From contig NC_087245.1 of the NCBI RefSeq assembly GCF_037042905.1, positions 22,136,001-22,200,000 on the forward strand: a stretch of 64,000 nt of DNA, in the 5' to 3' direction. Origin of the DNA: Lytechinus pictus (taxonomy: Eukaryota). The translations under genes and the position numbers were made by a program. The notes beneath the pieces were generated by a model. That model saw nothing but the letters and a program-made list of their open reading frames with translations, was not told where the DNA came from and made no database searches. Shown here piece by piece: positions 26,186 to 41,100 of the stretch. How positions within the stretch are numbered: position 1 is the stretch's first letter; every line of letters starts with the position of its first letter.

Positions 26186-29100
26186 TAGTTAGCTTTGAAC
26201 CAGTGAGCTCACCTGCAGATTGGCCCCTCGTTCATGTCTTCTTGCCAACATATACCATTTTCGCTACAGTATTCTCTATCGGTGATGCATTTCGATTCAC
26301 AATTCAAGTAGCCAGTTTCACAAGTTTGATCGAAGCCAGATGGACAATTTGCATGTAAGTCTTGACTACAAATGTCACTTGTTTCTGAAGAGAATATGTA
26401 AAATAATGAGAACAAATGATGGGCAGGAGTAGGGGAGAAGTAGAAGGAGGAGAAAGAAGAAGAAGATGAAGGAGATGAAGAAGAAGAAGAAACTCGTATG
26501 ACTCGTATGGAAGTGATTTTCTGATTGAATAAGATGTATATTTAGGTTTTGTATTTCGCGAGCGAGCGTAGCGAGCGAGCGGTTCGGAAAAAATTCAAAT
26601 CTGAAGTTGTAAAACTCGCCTTTTGCTGAATCATGGACCTTGCGAGATGTTGCGAGCGCGAATCACAAGCTCAAACTTCAATTGGAAATTTCATGTAATT
26701 AGACATGAAAAGTAAACATTCCGAGCAGTTTTTGTAATCATGGAAAAGGGATGTGAATCCAACTAAAGAATTAACGCGAGCAAATGACTTCCTTTAGTGA
26801 CCCATGAATAGCGGCTACATATCTCACCAATCGAATAATGCGAGCGCGAAGCGTGAGCTGAATATTTGTGATATTCTAACCAGAAAACTGGACATGCTAC
26901 GCATTTTATTTTACCAGGAACAGAATGACTACCCTAATAAACAATAATTGGTGCGAGCGCAAAACACGAGCCCAAAATTTGTGATATTCCAACCTGAAAA
27001 TTGGACATTTTAAGCATGTTTGTATAAACAGGACGAATAACTAATACCAAACAATAATTGATGCGAATGCGAAGCGCGAGCAAAAAATGTTGTGTTTTTT
27101 AACCTAAAATGTATTTCAAAAGGGTTAATTCATTTTGAAAAAAAGGGAATTTTTCAATTTCAAAAAGTGCATTTTATTCCTATGAGGAATTTCATTGAAT
27201 GTGACTGCCCCCCCCCCCCGGTTCCGCCGCCCCTGACTGAAGTCCTTCCAATAAGAGAGCACTCGAGTTGCAAATAGGCCAACACGGATTAGAATCTTTT
27301 CAGTTAATTTTGTTTTTGTTTTTTATATTAATTCTCTAGCTCTTTAGATTTTTTTATCATTTCTCAGAAATGGACTTCTATCATCATTAACTTCTTTCTT
27401 TTCATTATTTTTTCTCACGTTTTCTTCTTCTTTCTCTCCATTGAATGTTCCTCATCGCAATCAAGACCGTTGACAATTTTTTTAATTGCAATTTATAAGA
27501 AACAACAACAAAATCAAACCACCAACGAACCTTCAGGTGGTAAGCAACTCCCACAATCATTTTCGATCGTATAATTTCCTAGTGTCCCATCGTCTACTGC
27601 TTTGCCAATGGTCTCGTCGTAGAAGTCTTGCGCCGACATCTTTCTTTCTTCCTCGGACATGCTGTTATACGAATACGTCACATTATGACTTACGATGACG
27701 CTTCCAGCTCTAGAAGATAAGATCATGAACGAACGAGAGAGACATTGACCTTTATTTTAAACTACAACGAAGTTGAAAGGCTACCTCAAAGACAATTATA
27801 ATAATAATAATATAGGGTATTTATATTGCGCACATATCCACCTTGTTCGGTGCTCAATTCGCCTTGATATATCAAATATATTAATTGATTATTTATCTAC
27901 TTTTTCGTTTCTGTATTCATTCAAGAATTTATTTATTATATTTCACTTATTTAAACATAATACTTGTTCAAATTTCAAATTTCGTGCTTTTCTTCTATTT
28001 CTATTTATTCACATGACATTGCACTCGACTGAGATATCCACCCCCCCCCCCCCCCTCCTGTTAAAGTAAATTGTGTGCATAATTATATTCAAACTAGTTG
28101 TGGTTCTGATTACTCTTTTCCATTTTGTTTATGGACATACCACGCTCAACTTTCATATTTTGAACTTTGAATCAGCTTGTATTAAATTCTGAAATTATCA
28201 AATGCAAGGTGGCGCTTCAGTTATCTTCGGAGTAGTAAAAATAAAAACAAGAAGGGAGCAAAAGGGAGAAAGAAATGAAATTGAATTGCTTAGGAAAGAT
28301 GGCACAAGACCTACAATTATTGACGTGAATTATTTCCCCCTTTTCTTCGAACCAATGTCATTACATTGTGGATCGTGTGAACATAATTATACTTACCTTA
28401 AGGCTACATCAACGGACACAAAGGCAATATTCACTTCATATAAAGCTTCCAACTAAATATAGACAAAATGAAGACACAATAATGTAAATATTAATAACAA
28501 AATAATCATGCATGTTAGAAAAACCATTGAAGATAGCTAAACTTCTAATAATGCACTTTAAATTTTGTTTTCTCCAGTATATACACGAAAAAAATTGAAA
28601 ATTTAAATCATCCAGCCTATATGGGGAAAATATTATTTTCAAACGAAAATGCATGTTTATGATTGGTTGAATTTTGGAGTTGCATTGGAGTAACTCGTCC
28701 TGCAATGGGCATTGTTATGGAGGGCTCACGTCATAAATTTTCGGCAGCACATAAGTCCGTATGAAAAACTCGACTTATGACTTTAACAATCACTTTTGTA
28801 GGTGGAGGCATAATAAAAACATAGACCGTAATCGTAGAAATCCTAACAAGCTTATCTTGTCGGCACGAATGACTTTCAATATATTTTTGTCGAATGTTAT
28901 TTTTTTCAAGGGGCCCTTTCACAGAGCTGATATTGACTTGTCTCGGGTAACAGTGTTAAAATCAGATTTTCAAACATGATGAAGTTGAAATATAGGCTTC
29001 TTGTTTTTAAAATGTGTTTAAAACCAAGATATGTGTCAAAATTAAGTCACACTTTGCTCAAACACTTGGAATGATATTCGGGGTGTCCCATTGAGCACAA

Positions 29101-32100
29101 GTACATGTTCCATTCGAAAGTAGGACCAAGCACATCCTTACTAACAGCTATATGTTAAAAGACATGCAATTATTTCGTGTAGAAAGTGTTTTATCATTAA
29201 AATCAATTACCTCCAGTGTGACGCTAATCTTGAAGGTTCGACATGCTTCAGTGGTAAGGTTGTCACTCGTACATCCCTCTGCCGAGTTCTCTTCTATCGC
29301 AATCTCAAATTGATAGGTTTTATTGAAATCTTCATCTAAATAAGAAAAAGGAGAAAACCCAACTTATTCTAAGTATACCTGTATTAGCCTTAATTACCTC
29401 TTTTGCAAAGCGCACAGAGATTCTGTCGAATATTATTTATGCGCTATATAAGCATCTATTATTATTATTATTATTAAGTCACAGAATTGGGTTAGGTATC
29501 TTTTTTTAAAGATTTCTATTCATGTTTTCGCCAGTTGACTGCATTGCTAATTGAATTCAAAACTACATATTTTTAGAACATATAACTATTTCAAGCCTCA
29601 CTTATGAACGCCACAGGGCGGGGGCAGGGGCGATCGTCCTCTTATTAAAAGTAGCATAAAAAACAGAGGGGAAAAAAAGAGTAAATGGAGGAAGGATTTC
29701 TTTTTTTTTTCGAAATGTATGTTCTTCTTGTCACTTACTTTTTTTGTCATGTTACTATTATAATACGGCTGTTTTTACTTTGTTATTACCTTACTTTTCT
29801 CCATTAATTATACCAATGATATGTGAATATTGTGATTATGTTTGCGACTGTAAAACCAATAAAACTCATAAATAAAAAAAAAAAAAAGAAGAGTATAAAG
29901 ACCATATGGTATCCCTGTAGGCCCAATTGAATTTAGAAAAAAAAATGTATCGTCACCGTGAGTTCGTCCTGCCCACCCAACCCTCTATAAAATGGTACAG
30001 TCCGTAATTCTGATGGTTCGTTATTCCGAATGTTCTTTATTCCGAAGGTTGGTAATTCCAAAACACGTAAATTGCCTACACCTCGCTATTCGTTAATCCG
30101 AAAACGAAAAAAGGTTCGTTATTATGAAGGTTCGTTAGTCCGAAAACGAAATAAGGTTCGTTACTTAAACCGAAGGTTCGTAAGTACATAAAAACAAAAT
30201 AAAGTTCATTATTCCGAAGGTTCGTTAATCCGAAATGAAATGAGGTTCCTTATTCCGAATGTTTGTTAATCCGATAAATTATACAATGTGTGGCGAAGCC
30301 GGGAAAATAAGAAAAGCAAACGTGGTTGGGGTAGAAACACAGTTGCTGTTCAATTTTTATGGGGATGGGAAGGCAGGGGCGACGGAACGTATTTTTGTTT
30401 GGGGGGGCAAAGCCAAAAGGGGCACTTATAACATGTCAAAATGGGAATTTTGGTGCAAACGGATATTTTCACTATGTAATTAATTTTGCTTGAAGTCGTT
30501 GTGTGTTTTTTAGTAGTAATTAAGTTGAGCAAAAGCTTTTTGAAGTGATTTCTGATTATGATAAGATTTATGTATAGGCTTTATTTTTTCCACGAGGGAG
30601 CGTGGCGATCGAGTGGTTTAGTTTTTTTTTGTCAAATCTGAAGTTGTAAAACTTGCTTTTTGGTTAAAATATGGCATCTAATTATTGTTAACAGGGCATC
30701 CTTGCGAGATGTTGCGAGCGCGAATTGCAAGATCAGACTTTTGGACATTTTGATAAGAAATGAAAATTAAGCATTCCGAGCAGTTTTTGTAATCATGAAA
30801 AGATTTGTATCGAACCAAAGAATTAATGCGAGCGCAAAGCGCGAACTGAAATTTGTAATATACTGACCAGGAAAGGAACCTGCATTGAGTGACTCATGAA
30901 TAAGATATATACTTCACTAATTAAATAATGCAAGCGCGAAGCGCGAGCTGAAAATTTGGGATATTTCAACCTGAAAACTGGACAGCATTTCTATAAAAAG
31001 ACACGGGGTGAGTACCTTACTAAACAATAACTGATGCGCGCGCGAAATTTTGTGGTTTTTCTAACCTAAAATGTATTATGTTGTACTTCAAATAGGGTAT
31101 TTCATTTCGAAAAAGGGCACATTTCCTTTGGAAATAAAGGCATTTTACATTTTGAAAAAGGATATTTTTCCTACGGGGAATTTTTGGGGGAGGGCAAGTG
31201 CCCCCTGTCCCTGGTTCCACTGCCCCTGTGGGAAGGGGCTGATCTATAGTTACCAGGGGCTTTTACGTACGTATAATTCTCTCAGAGGTGTGATCATAGG
31301 CTTATGATGTTAATTCATGTCATTGCCAGACCTGTCACTTTTGCTAGGAGAGTAGGCCCATTGATGCATTTTGAAATTGTTTTTGTCCAAGTTCGAAATT
31401 TCTACTAAAAAATATCAATTCCTAATTAATGTGTACCACTTACAAATCCCCCCAAATCACTCTGCGCGTGTGGGAATGTGGATTGTTTGGACCAGAATAG
31501 GAGCGATTAAGACCTCAAACAGGGACATTGATCCCCTTTTTGGCTGGGGTGGGCAAAACAGCCACCACACAATGATCTCATGGTGAAAATATTCGTTTGC
31601 ACCGAAATGCCCATTTTGACATATTATAAGTGCCCTTTTTGGCTTTGCCCCAAAACAAAGATACGTTTCCCTACCTTCCCATCCTCATAACAATTGAACA
31701 ACATCGGTGTTTCTCCCCTCCCCCCCCCCCCCCCCCCAACAGCTGCCCTTCCTGTTTTCCCGGCTTCGCCACAGATTATTTCATTTTTCGGATTAACGAT
31801 CTCATTTCCGGATTAACGAACCTTATTTCGTTTTCAGACTAAAGAACCGCAGAATAACAAACCTTATTTCGTTTTCGGATTAACGAACCTTCGGAATTAT
31901 GATCCATCGGAATTACGAACCTTCGGAACAACGAACCTTCGGAATATTCGAACCTTCGGAATAACGAACCTTTGGAATAACGAACGTAACCCTATAAAAT
32001 ATATCCTTGCGAAATCCGTTTCAAATAATTATGACATATGGCATATGTTAAAATAGGCCCCTCTCTCCATCTCTCGCTCCCTCTCTCACTGTCTCTTTCT

Positions 32101-35100
32101 CCCCCAAACGCACTCTGTCTCTTTCTAAAGCAACGTTTCCACTTTAGCGAGTTGGAGTTGCGAGTCGTACGCGAGCTGCAACAGCAACAGGATCGTAATC
32201 AATGATCAAAATGTGACTAAAACTGCAATGCAGAACTTACAGCTTTTATAAATTCAGTTCTTAGGTAAAATGTCGATTCATTATTTGGTATAGTAAATAT
32301 AGCAATATGCAACTAATAATTTGATCAAATTTTCTGATGACCTGTTAAAATGAAAGGGACATATTTGCATACCGAGCAAGATTTCATAAATTGTTTACTT
32401 TACATCCAATATTGATGAAATTTTCATTGTTATGCTTGTTGGATTTTTTTTTTAATCAACTTTTGTTGGGGTGGACTTGTCCTTTAATTAATTCAATTAT
32501 GCGCGTACACTTCTATCGATGATGCAACGTTTGCCTGCCAACGTTGAGGCAACGTTGGGAAAAAAAATTTGGGAAAAAATTTCCAAACGTTGATCCAACG
32601 TTTGTCCAACGCTGTATTGTTACCTGGGTATTCATGGATAAAAACGTTCTTTCAATTTACTAATGGCGCACTGTATTAGAACCTTAAAATAATGTGAATT
32701 ATCTGTGCGACCAAAATTAATTTTCAATACATTCATTATAAATAGAAGAAACTAATTTACCTATATCTGGCACTGTTGCTTCTGGGATCGGGCCTACTTT
32801 GAGAGGTGTCGTTGCAGGTTCTTCTGGTGGTTTCGTTGTAGGTTTTGTCGTAGCTTCCGTTTTAGCCTCCGTCTTGGGTTTTTCCGTTGGCCGTACAGTC
32901 GTCATTGTCGACTTGACCGTTGTTTCATTCACAGGCCTAGTTGCCGTTCCTGTCGTAGATATCGGATAAACAAGATCGCAAACAATGAAATAAGTTCAGG
33001 TACACTTTAAACATATAACTGATATAAAACTTCGATTAAACAAACCGTTCTCATATTCTAAACATTTCAATTCATACTTTACATCACTGACGCAGGTTTA
33101 TATTGCTCTTCAACCCCGGAAAAGGGGGCGAGTTGGTGAACATTTTTAGAGGTATAATATACGCCTGCTCAAATAAAATGATGCCATATTCACGTCGTCT
33201 CTTTATTGCACAGTTTCGATAGAATACTTATGAAGTTTTAACACATGCCAAAATGTGACAGCGGATAAGTTACATGTACATTTTTTTTCGCAAAATCTTT
33301 ACAGTTTAAGAGTATAGATGATCTATTTTGTATAGTTAAAATGTTTACCGGGTTGGGTTTGGTGGTATATTCATCGAGGTGATTTTTTAAATTGCGGATG
33401 ATATTGTTTGGAAACGTATAACTTACCAATACGGGTTTGACCTGAATTAACAAATCTTTACTGACATTGATTTAAATGTTGATTTCATTTTTAATCGATA
33501 TTGTTTAAGAGGGTACTTATAATGTAGTTGAATAAAATATACTCACCAGCATCGATTGTCGATGGTAGGATAGTATTCCCAGCTGTGGTGGTCATATCAA
33601 ACGTGGCCGTTGACGACGTTTTTGTATCAGTATATGTCCCGGCGTTGGGCGTGGTCATTGGTGACGTTGCTGTATATATATCTGTCGTCTCGGTGGTGGA
33701 TACAGTCATTGGCAACGTTGTTGTATCTATACTTGTCGTCTCGGTGGTGGATGCGGTCATTGACGACGTTGCTGTATCTATATCTGTCGTCTCGACGGTG
33801 GATGCGGTCATTGGCAACGTTGTTGTATTCATATCTGTCGTCTCGGTGGTGGATGCGGTCATTGACGACGTTGCTGTATCTATATCTGTTGTCTCGACGG
33901 TGGATGCGGTCATTGGCAACGTTGTTGTATCTATATCTGTCGTCTCGGTGGTGGATGCGGTCATTGACGACGTTGTTGTATCTATACCTGTCGTCTCGGT
34001 GGTGGATACAGTCATTGGCAACGTTGTTGTATCTATATCTGTCGTCTCGGTGGTGGATGCGGTCATTGACGACGTTGCTGTCTCTATATCTGTCTTCTCG
34101 ACGGTGGATGCGGTCATTGGCAACGTTGTTGTATCTATACCTGTCGTCTTGGTGGTAGATGCGGTCATTGGCAACGTTGTTGTATTCATATCTGTCGTCT
34201 CGGTGGTGGATGCGGTCATTTGCGACGTTGTTGTATTCATATCTGTCGTCTCGGTGGTGGATGCGGTCATTGGCGACGCTGATGTATTTATATCTGTCGT
34301 CTCGGTGGTGGATGCGGTCATTTGCGACGTTGTTGTATTTAGATCCGTCGTCTCGGTGGTGGACGTGGTCATTGACGACGTTGTATTATCTATATCTGTC
34401 GTTTCGACGTCGGACGTCATCATTGAAGTATCTGTAATTGTTTAATACACAGCAGTGTGTAAAAATTAATAATACTTAGTCCTACACGTCATATACACCA
34501 TCCAACTACATTTTTAGTAGCTTACGCATCGTTATATTAAAGCAAAAACAAAATAATATATTTTTCCTCAAATCAGAACAGATAAAATAAAACATAGGCT
34601 ACATAATTTAACAGTGTCAAATGGACTGAAAATCGCCCCTATATATTTTTTTAAAGGGAGGAACGTATGAGGGGGAAACAAAAAAGGAAGAAGTGAAAAA
34701 AAGAGATAATGGTCGGGTAATGTAAGACCTGCACCCTGCCCCCTCATCAACATACCGAGATGCCGCCCCTATATGCAATGACGTTGAACCATTATGACAG
34801 TTATCATCCTAAACCCGCTGGGTGTATCCCTCAAGACAGATAACTGTATACTAAATGGTCACCAACTGTGAAAGCGTTGGACTGGATCGACTTATCATCC
34901 CTAATGATTATAACAAGTGATTAGAACCAAACCACTCTGTAATGCGGCTTAAGATTTGTTTTTAATATGTTTCTTAAGTACATGTATACGCTGTTTATTG
35001 TTTAAAATGAAACAAATAAATTCAAATTTACCATGTTACTACCACGCCCCCATATATGACAGTATGTCCATAGTTCTAGCGTATTAATATACCACGGGCG

Positions 35101-38100
35101 GTACTGTATCTCAAACATTTTATTCAGACATAAATGTATAATGTCTGATATGACAATGGGAAAAGCGTACTTATCTTACCCTGAATTTTAACTTCTTTAG
35201 TACATCATCCTGAATTCGGCATTGGCTGCCAATTTTGTCATAGTCTAGGCGAGGGGTTAAAAAATGTTCAGATTGTGCTTAAAGCATGAAACTTGGCACA
35301 CATGATCAGAATAACATTTAGAAAATGTTCAGGGATGGTGCCAAAATGAACTCTAATTAGTATGGCAACGGTTGCTAGGAAACGTATTTTCATTAGCAAC
35401 CAGAATATAGGATTGCTATGGACCGGTGATTTTACATAATTGTTATGCAAGTTAGCTTTTAAAACTTCAAATATCCCATGAAAAAGTATTTTTGAAACTA
35501 CGTTGCCATAGTTACATCATATTACAACAATTAATCTGCAAAAATCATGCGGATTGAACCACTTCTTCATTTTATGACATATGCTCACGAAATTTGATGC
35601 ACACATGTCTCCATAGCTAGAGAGATGAAAGCCACATTTTTTCGACAATCTCAGAAATTGTGTTGCCATGGCTACCGCATATTAAGGCCAAAAAGCCAAG
35701 AAAACTCATTGTGGATCAAACTACTCCCCCGGTTTTCAGCCAGTGCTCACGGAGGTTGGCACACATGTTTTGAAAACTGCATTACCATGGTAACGGCAAG
35801 ATGAGGGGTAATAATCACCTTTTGGGGACGGGAATAGTTTGTACAAGTAAAGGCCTACCCCATACTTCATACTAATATAATGACACTGGCGTACAGATAG
35901 GGTTGGGGGATTAGGATGGACCCCCAAAAAGTCACGACCCCAAAAAAGGAGACAAGTGGAACGCCTCTGGTAGTCTTTTCTGTGTTACAGCATTCAATAT
36001 AAGGGTAGTGTTGACTTGAAAAGATGAATTCACAAATGACACAGTTCATATGATAATATAAGACTAACTTCATTGACCAAAAATGACAGTTGATCTTGAT
36101 CCTGCTGGAATTCGTGCAAGACGATCAGTCACACTTGATTTCCCTTATGTCCTCTAAACTTTGAAAGTTATGATGACATTTAAAAAACTTAACCCATAGC
36201 TTCACATTTTGATGGTAATTCCCCAAACTGGTCAAAGGACATGTACCCGGCCTAAATGACCTTTGATCTTGATCATGTGACCAACTCTCGGGCAGGATCT
36301 TCAATGATACTTGTTTAATCTTACATGTACAGTATGTCCACGTTTCATGAAATAGGTCCATGTACTTCCTAGGTCATGACGACAGTTCAAAAACTTAACC
36401 TTCGTTAGAATTAATGTTGACGACGCCGCCGCCATCGCCAATGCCGCTGTCGCTGTCTGAAAAACGGGCTTCTCTGCTGTGCAGGCGAGAGATAAGCGAA
36501 AGAAAAGTAACGGGAAAAGGATGACAGATGATTTCATCTGAATATTCTGTAAAATCCTATTACAAAATTAGATTTTTGTATAAAAAAGGTCAAAAATTTT
36601 GCTAGCTCGCTTCGCTCGCTCTTAGGTTTCATACTATGTTGCCCCATACACCATATCTGTCCCATGAAAATGTTTGACTTATCACGCCACTGAGTGTTGA
36701 AATTGGTCAAATTAATTCCGTTTCTAAATCAAAAGAACAGTGTTTCCCCTATCTATGCAATTACTTATGTGAATGAGCTTTTGTTTACAATATTTAATGT
36801 TTTATAATCTCAAAATATTTTTCTAAACTGTTCAAAACCATTACATTCAGCAAATATTTTCCATTTCGTCTGCATCAATGTGCTATTTTCCGATGTTGGG
36901 GAAGTTTACATGGCGGTCTGGGATGGCATATTTTTCTTAAGGCGCACACTCATTTCTGATAATTATGATGACAACTTTTTCCATTCTCATCTCACATGTA
37001 ACCAATGAGGAAATAAGTTTTCATTGAATACATTTAAAATATTTAATCTCCATTATCTCGTTTTGGTTTGGAAGAAAAACGGTTTTGGACGCAATTCAGT
37101 ATTCCAACCAATGAAAATTTGCTCGCTCGCTTCACTCGTTCGCATAATACTATTAATATGCGTGGTCAGCCCAACCGTAATTCAGTATTTATGTACCCTG
37201 TTTACATAGAATTGGATGTTTGGGTGCCCCCGAATTGTGTAATTTTCAGTTTGATATATTGCTATTATCCCCCGCTGCTCTGGCCGGATTTCACCACTGA
37301 TTCTTAGATTGCAATAATCAGGAAATACTATCACAAAAATATTTGGTGGCCATCTAGAAGCCATTTTGAAAATACGTCTCAGGACAATTTTTTTTTTTGG
37401 GGAGTGGGACATCCTGGTTGTGTCTTGGAGACATCTAGGAAAGTTAATCGAATTGGCTTTGTTTATTTCTAGGGTAGCAACAAAAGAATAGGGATTTCCA
37501 TGTGGTAGCTGCCCTTAAAATGCCTGTTGTTAGGGTAATTTTGTTACCTAGAAACCGTTGCTAAGAAAAGTATGGACATTTAGGGTTAAAATGATCAGTA
37601 TGATGTGAAGTATGATTGTGCCAAGTTTTTTGCTTTTATCATTTTCTGAGCAAAAGTAGCTATTTTTTGCACCCCTCGCCTAGACTATCACCTTTTGTTT
37701 TCGTTACGAGGAGATTCGAACTTATACCACTACCAGCGAAACCCTACAATATGATCTACTTGATATTTTTCTTGGATCTTGACGTTTTGATATAGGTGTA
37801 CAGTTATATTAGTAGATTCCTTCGGGTGTATAAATTGTTATTGAATATCACGCAACTCCATAATTAATGATGAAATATTCGTCAAAATATGGACACCCCA
37901 GATCATCCCTATGATACTGGATAGAATACGGTGTACCACAGTGTGTGCCACAGTGTGTTCACAGTGTGGAACACAATGTGAAATCGCGTTGAAATTGCGT
38001 TTGAAAGTATTGAATCGCAGGTTTCTTTATTTTTATTTCTCAAGACATAATGCTATGTAGCACAGGTAGACACATGCGAATTAAATATGTTTGTTTAAAA

Positions 38101-41100
38101 AAATATTTTGAGGACTGCTTTCCAACTTCTTCTAAGCAATTCTCTCACAAATTTAAGAAAAGGACAGAGGGATTTCTTAACTTTATGCACACTTAAACTC
38201 TAAACCTATTTCCGTCCGAATAATTAATCAAATACGTTCGCTGCAGTTTCATTCCATCTTGCATAATTTCATGTTATTGAAAAACAAATGTTACCCTTTC
38301 TGTGGCAAAGTTTTGATCTATAAGACTGTATATCAATTTATCAATGGATAAATATTTGACTTAGGGGCGTCGAAGTGGAGGTCTGTTCAATAAAGAAGAC
38401 ATAAAGATAACAAAATTACTTTTAAAAAATGAATGTGAAATATATATCGTCATGATCTTTGGTCAACAAATCTTTGAAATGTAAGCGATCTAGAAAGATT
38501 TGGGGGTAAACCTCGAAACTCTAAAGAGGGATGGCTTGCTGGTATAAGGAGTTCACATTATTCGCATGTAATTTATGACATACCCTCCCCCATACCACCG
38601 TATGACTATTATTTTGATAATGATAATAATTCACAACATTTATTACAGCGCGTACCACAAAGCGCTGGCTTTGCAAAATGAAATAAAAATAACACTTTGC
38701 CCCTTTAATTACTCTCATTTTATAGTACTTTTTCCTTTATTGCTGAAGTTAGGAAATAACAGTCATAATACAAAAGAAAGAAAAACAGTTATAATACAAA
38801 CACCTTCAAGGTCTGTGCTCTACATACACATAAAATACACATGTATAAAATACACATGTATAAAATACTTAGATTTGAGTTATGATTAATTTTTGTACTC
38901 ACAGATGACTTACATTCAATTCATTTGAAAACAAGTATATTAGGTAATAATAATAATAATAATAGACCGTTCTAGTATAGCATATATCACATTATGAAAA
39001 ACGCCTCAATGCGCTTAAAAAGGACTGTAGCTCAAGCAGCCTTCCAGCGCTCAGTGCATTTCAAGGAATAAATTCCTGCCAGGTACCCATTCACCTCATC
39101 ATCTGGGTTGAGTGCAGCACAATGTGGATAAATTTCTTGCTGAAGGAAACTACACCATGGCTGGGATTTGAACCCAGGACCCTCTGTTTAAAAGTCTGGA
39201 GACTAGTCCACCGGGCCACATTGCTCAACGTTGTAAGTGTGGAATATGCTACAATTTATTTTTTTACAAAATAATTTTTGCTGCATGAACTAAATAAGTG
39301 ATTTTATGGAACCTCTCTACATGTCATAAATTGAAAATACTTGGCAGGACCATGAAGTCAACACTTGAATATTGAAGAACTCGTTATCTATATTTGTCAA
39401 GTTTCGGTTCGGCTCATCAACATTCCACTCTTCTGGCCTTGAAGTATGATCCATAAACCCAAATAATTCATATAAAAAATTAAATTAATGACGATAAAAT
39501 GATAGAGTCAGCGTATATATGTTTGTTTTTTTATTTCATAATTGCAAACACTAATATTTATCATGGCATCGTTTTATATGGAATTGTTTTTTAGCACTGC
39601 AGGTTTTAAGAGACGAAACGTGAAAAAAGGCTTACACCCTAAACTCAAACATGGGAGACAGCCAGAAAAAAAAACGGTCGGCGACCAAATAGACCCGAAT
39701 ATTCGAGTCGGTCTGACAGCGATTCTGAGGTCATGTGACCAAAATATTTCACAGTCCTCCCCTTATTACTTCGATTAACGAGTATTTTTTTATATCTTGT
39801 GAATGTTTTTGTTTTAATTTCTTTCATTTTGAAGCATTAATCCAATATACTGCTTACAAATCAATTTGCTACAAGGCTTCGTATTTATTTATTTTTTAAA
39901 TGCGCATGAAATTTGAATTACCCCCCTTCCGCCCCCCAAAAGAAAAAAATTACGTTGAATGAAATATACTTCCTCAGGGGCGGATCCAGCTTTCGCAAAT
40001 AGAAAGGGGGGCGAAGAAAAGTTCACCCATATTTTCCCCGATCGGCCGCTCAAACTTGATTTTTGTTTGTTTCTTTGAAGGGGTATAGTACTAACAGTCA
40101 CTGCATGCTTAATTTCATTCTCATAAAACAACATAAATTACATATTCTCATCAGCCCTAATTGAATAGTGCATGCTATTTTCTTTTCTTTTTTATTTCAC
40201 GTATTTTGTCCCGAAAACTGAACATTCTGAGCAATGTTTCTGATCCTGAACAAGATGCCTATGTAACTAAATAAATTGGATATGGATCGCACGTAATAAA
40301 TGAAGTTCAAGCTAATGAAATTTTGTCATTATATGAAAATGTTGTTGTTGTTGTTTTAGCTTAAACAACAACAACATTTTCATATAATGAAACCAACAAC
40401 AACATTTTCATATAATGAAAATGATGACTATCTTCCTAAGTATTCTTCTTCCCAAGCGCGAGATGAAAAAATAACGATATAATTATTAGGAATTCATGAT
40501 GTTTACTTACCTTATTTTCTATTCTAGTAAGCCTAGTGAGAGCGCGAAATTTGTTGATATTAAGGCCTGTAAATTGGACATTTTAAGCACTTTTGTAATT
40601 ATGAATAGGATGCACGGGTATTATATTTTTAATAATTGATGCAAGCGCAAATCAAAAGATGCCATGAAAAGGGGATTTAAAGTAGCTTGTTAGAATATAG
40701 AGGTATATAGCTCACCAATCAAAATGCGAGCGCGCAGCGCTAGCTGATACGTTTTGACAATCAGACCTGAAAAGGGATATTTTGATAAAAGCAAATAATG
40801 CGAGCGCCCAGCTCGAGCTGAAAATTTTACAGAGCACTCTTTTAAAATAAATTGGTAAATCAAACAAAAAAATGAAAGCTCGATGCAGAAATGCATTTTG
40901 TATACTGACTTCAACTGTTCAAAACTTGATGTTTTAAGCTCCATATCAGCCTATTGAGCAAGATATGTATTTTATCGAACAAGCAATGCGAGCACGAAGC
41001 GCGAGCGAAAATTTGATATAGTGACAAGAAAGTATTTTTTTTTCTTCATTTTACAAGACTTCCCCTATAACCTTATTTTATTTACTCGTCTTTCTCCCCT

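Noticed and set aside
25667..26188. Poly-Val/Leu/Ala ORFs
   Set aside because: Trinucleotide microsatellite.
29994..31991. CRISPR-like short repeats (TTCGGAATAACGAACC)
   Set aside because: No unique constant-length spacers or cas genes; these are mirror-image TIR arrays with a TSD in a eukaryotic intron.
33528..34445. 305-aa Val-rich plus-strand ORF and overlapping 182/92-aa ORFs
   Set aside because: Antisense shadows of the mucin tandem repeat.
35179..35212. Possible ~30-nt micro-exon in mucin intron 1
   Set aside because: In the required phase 1 it reads straight into a TGA stop.
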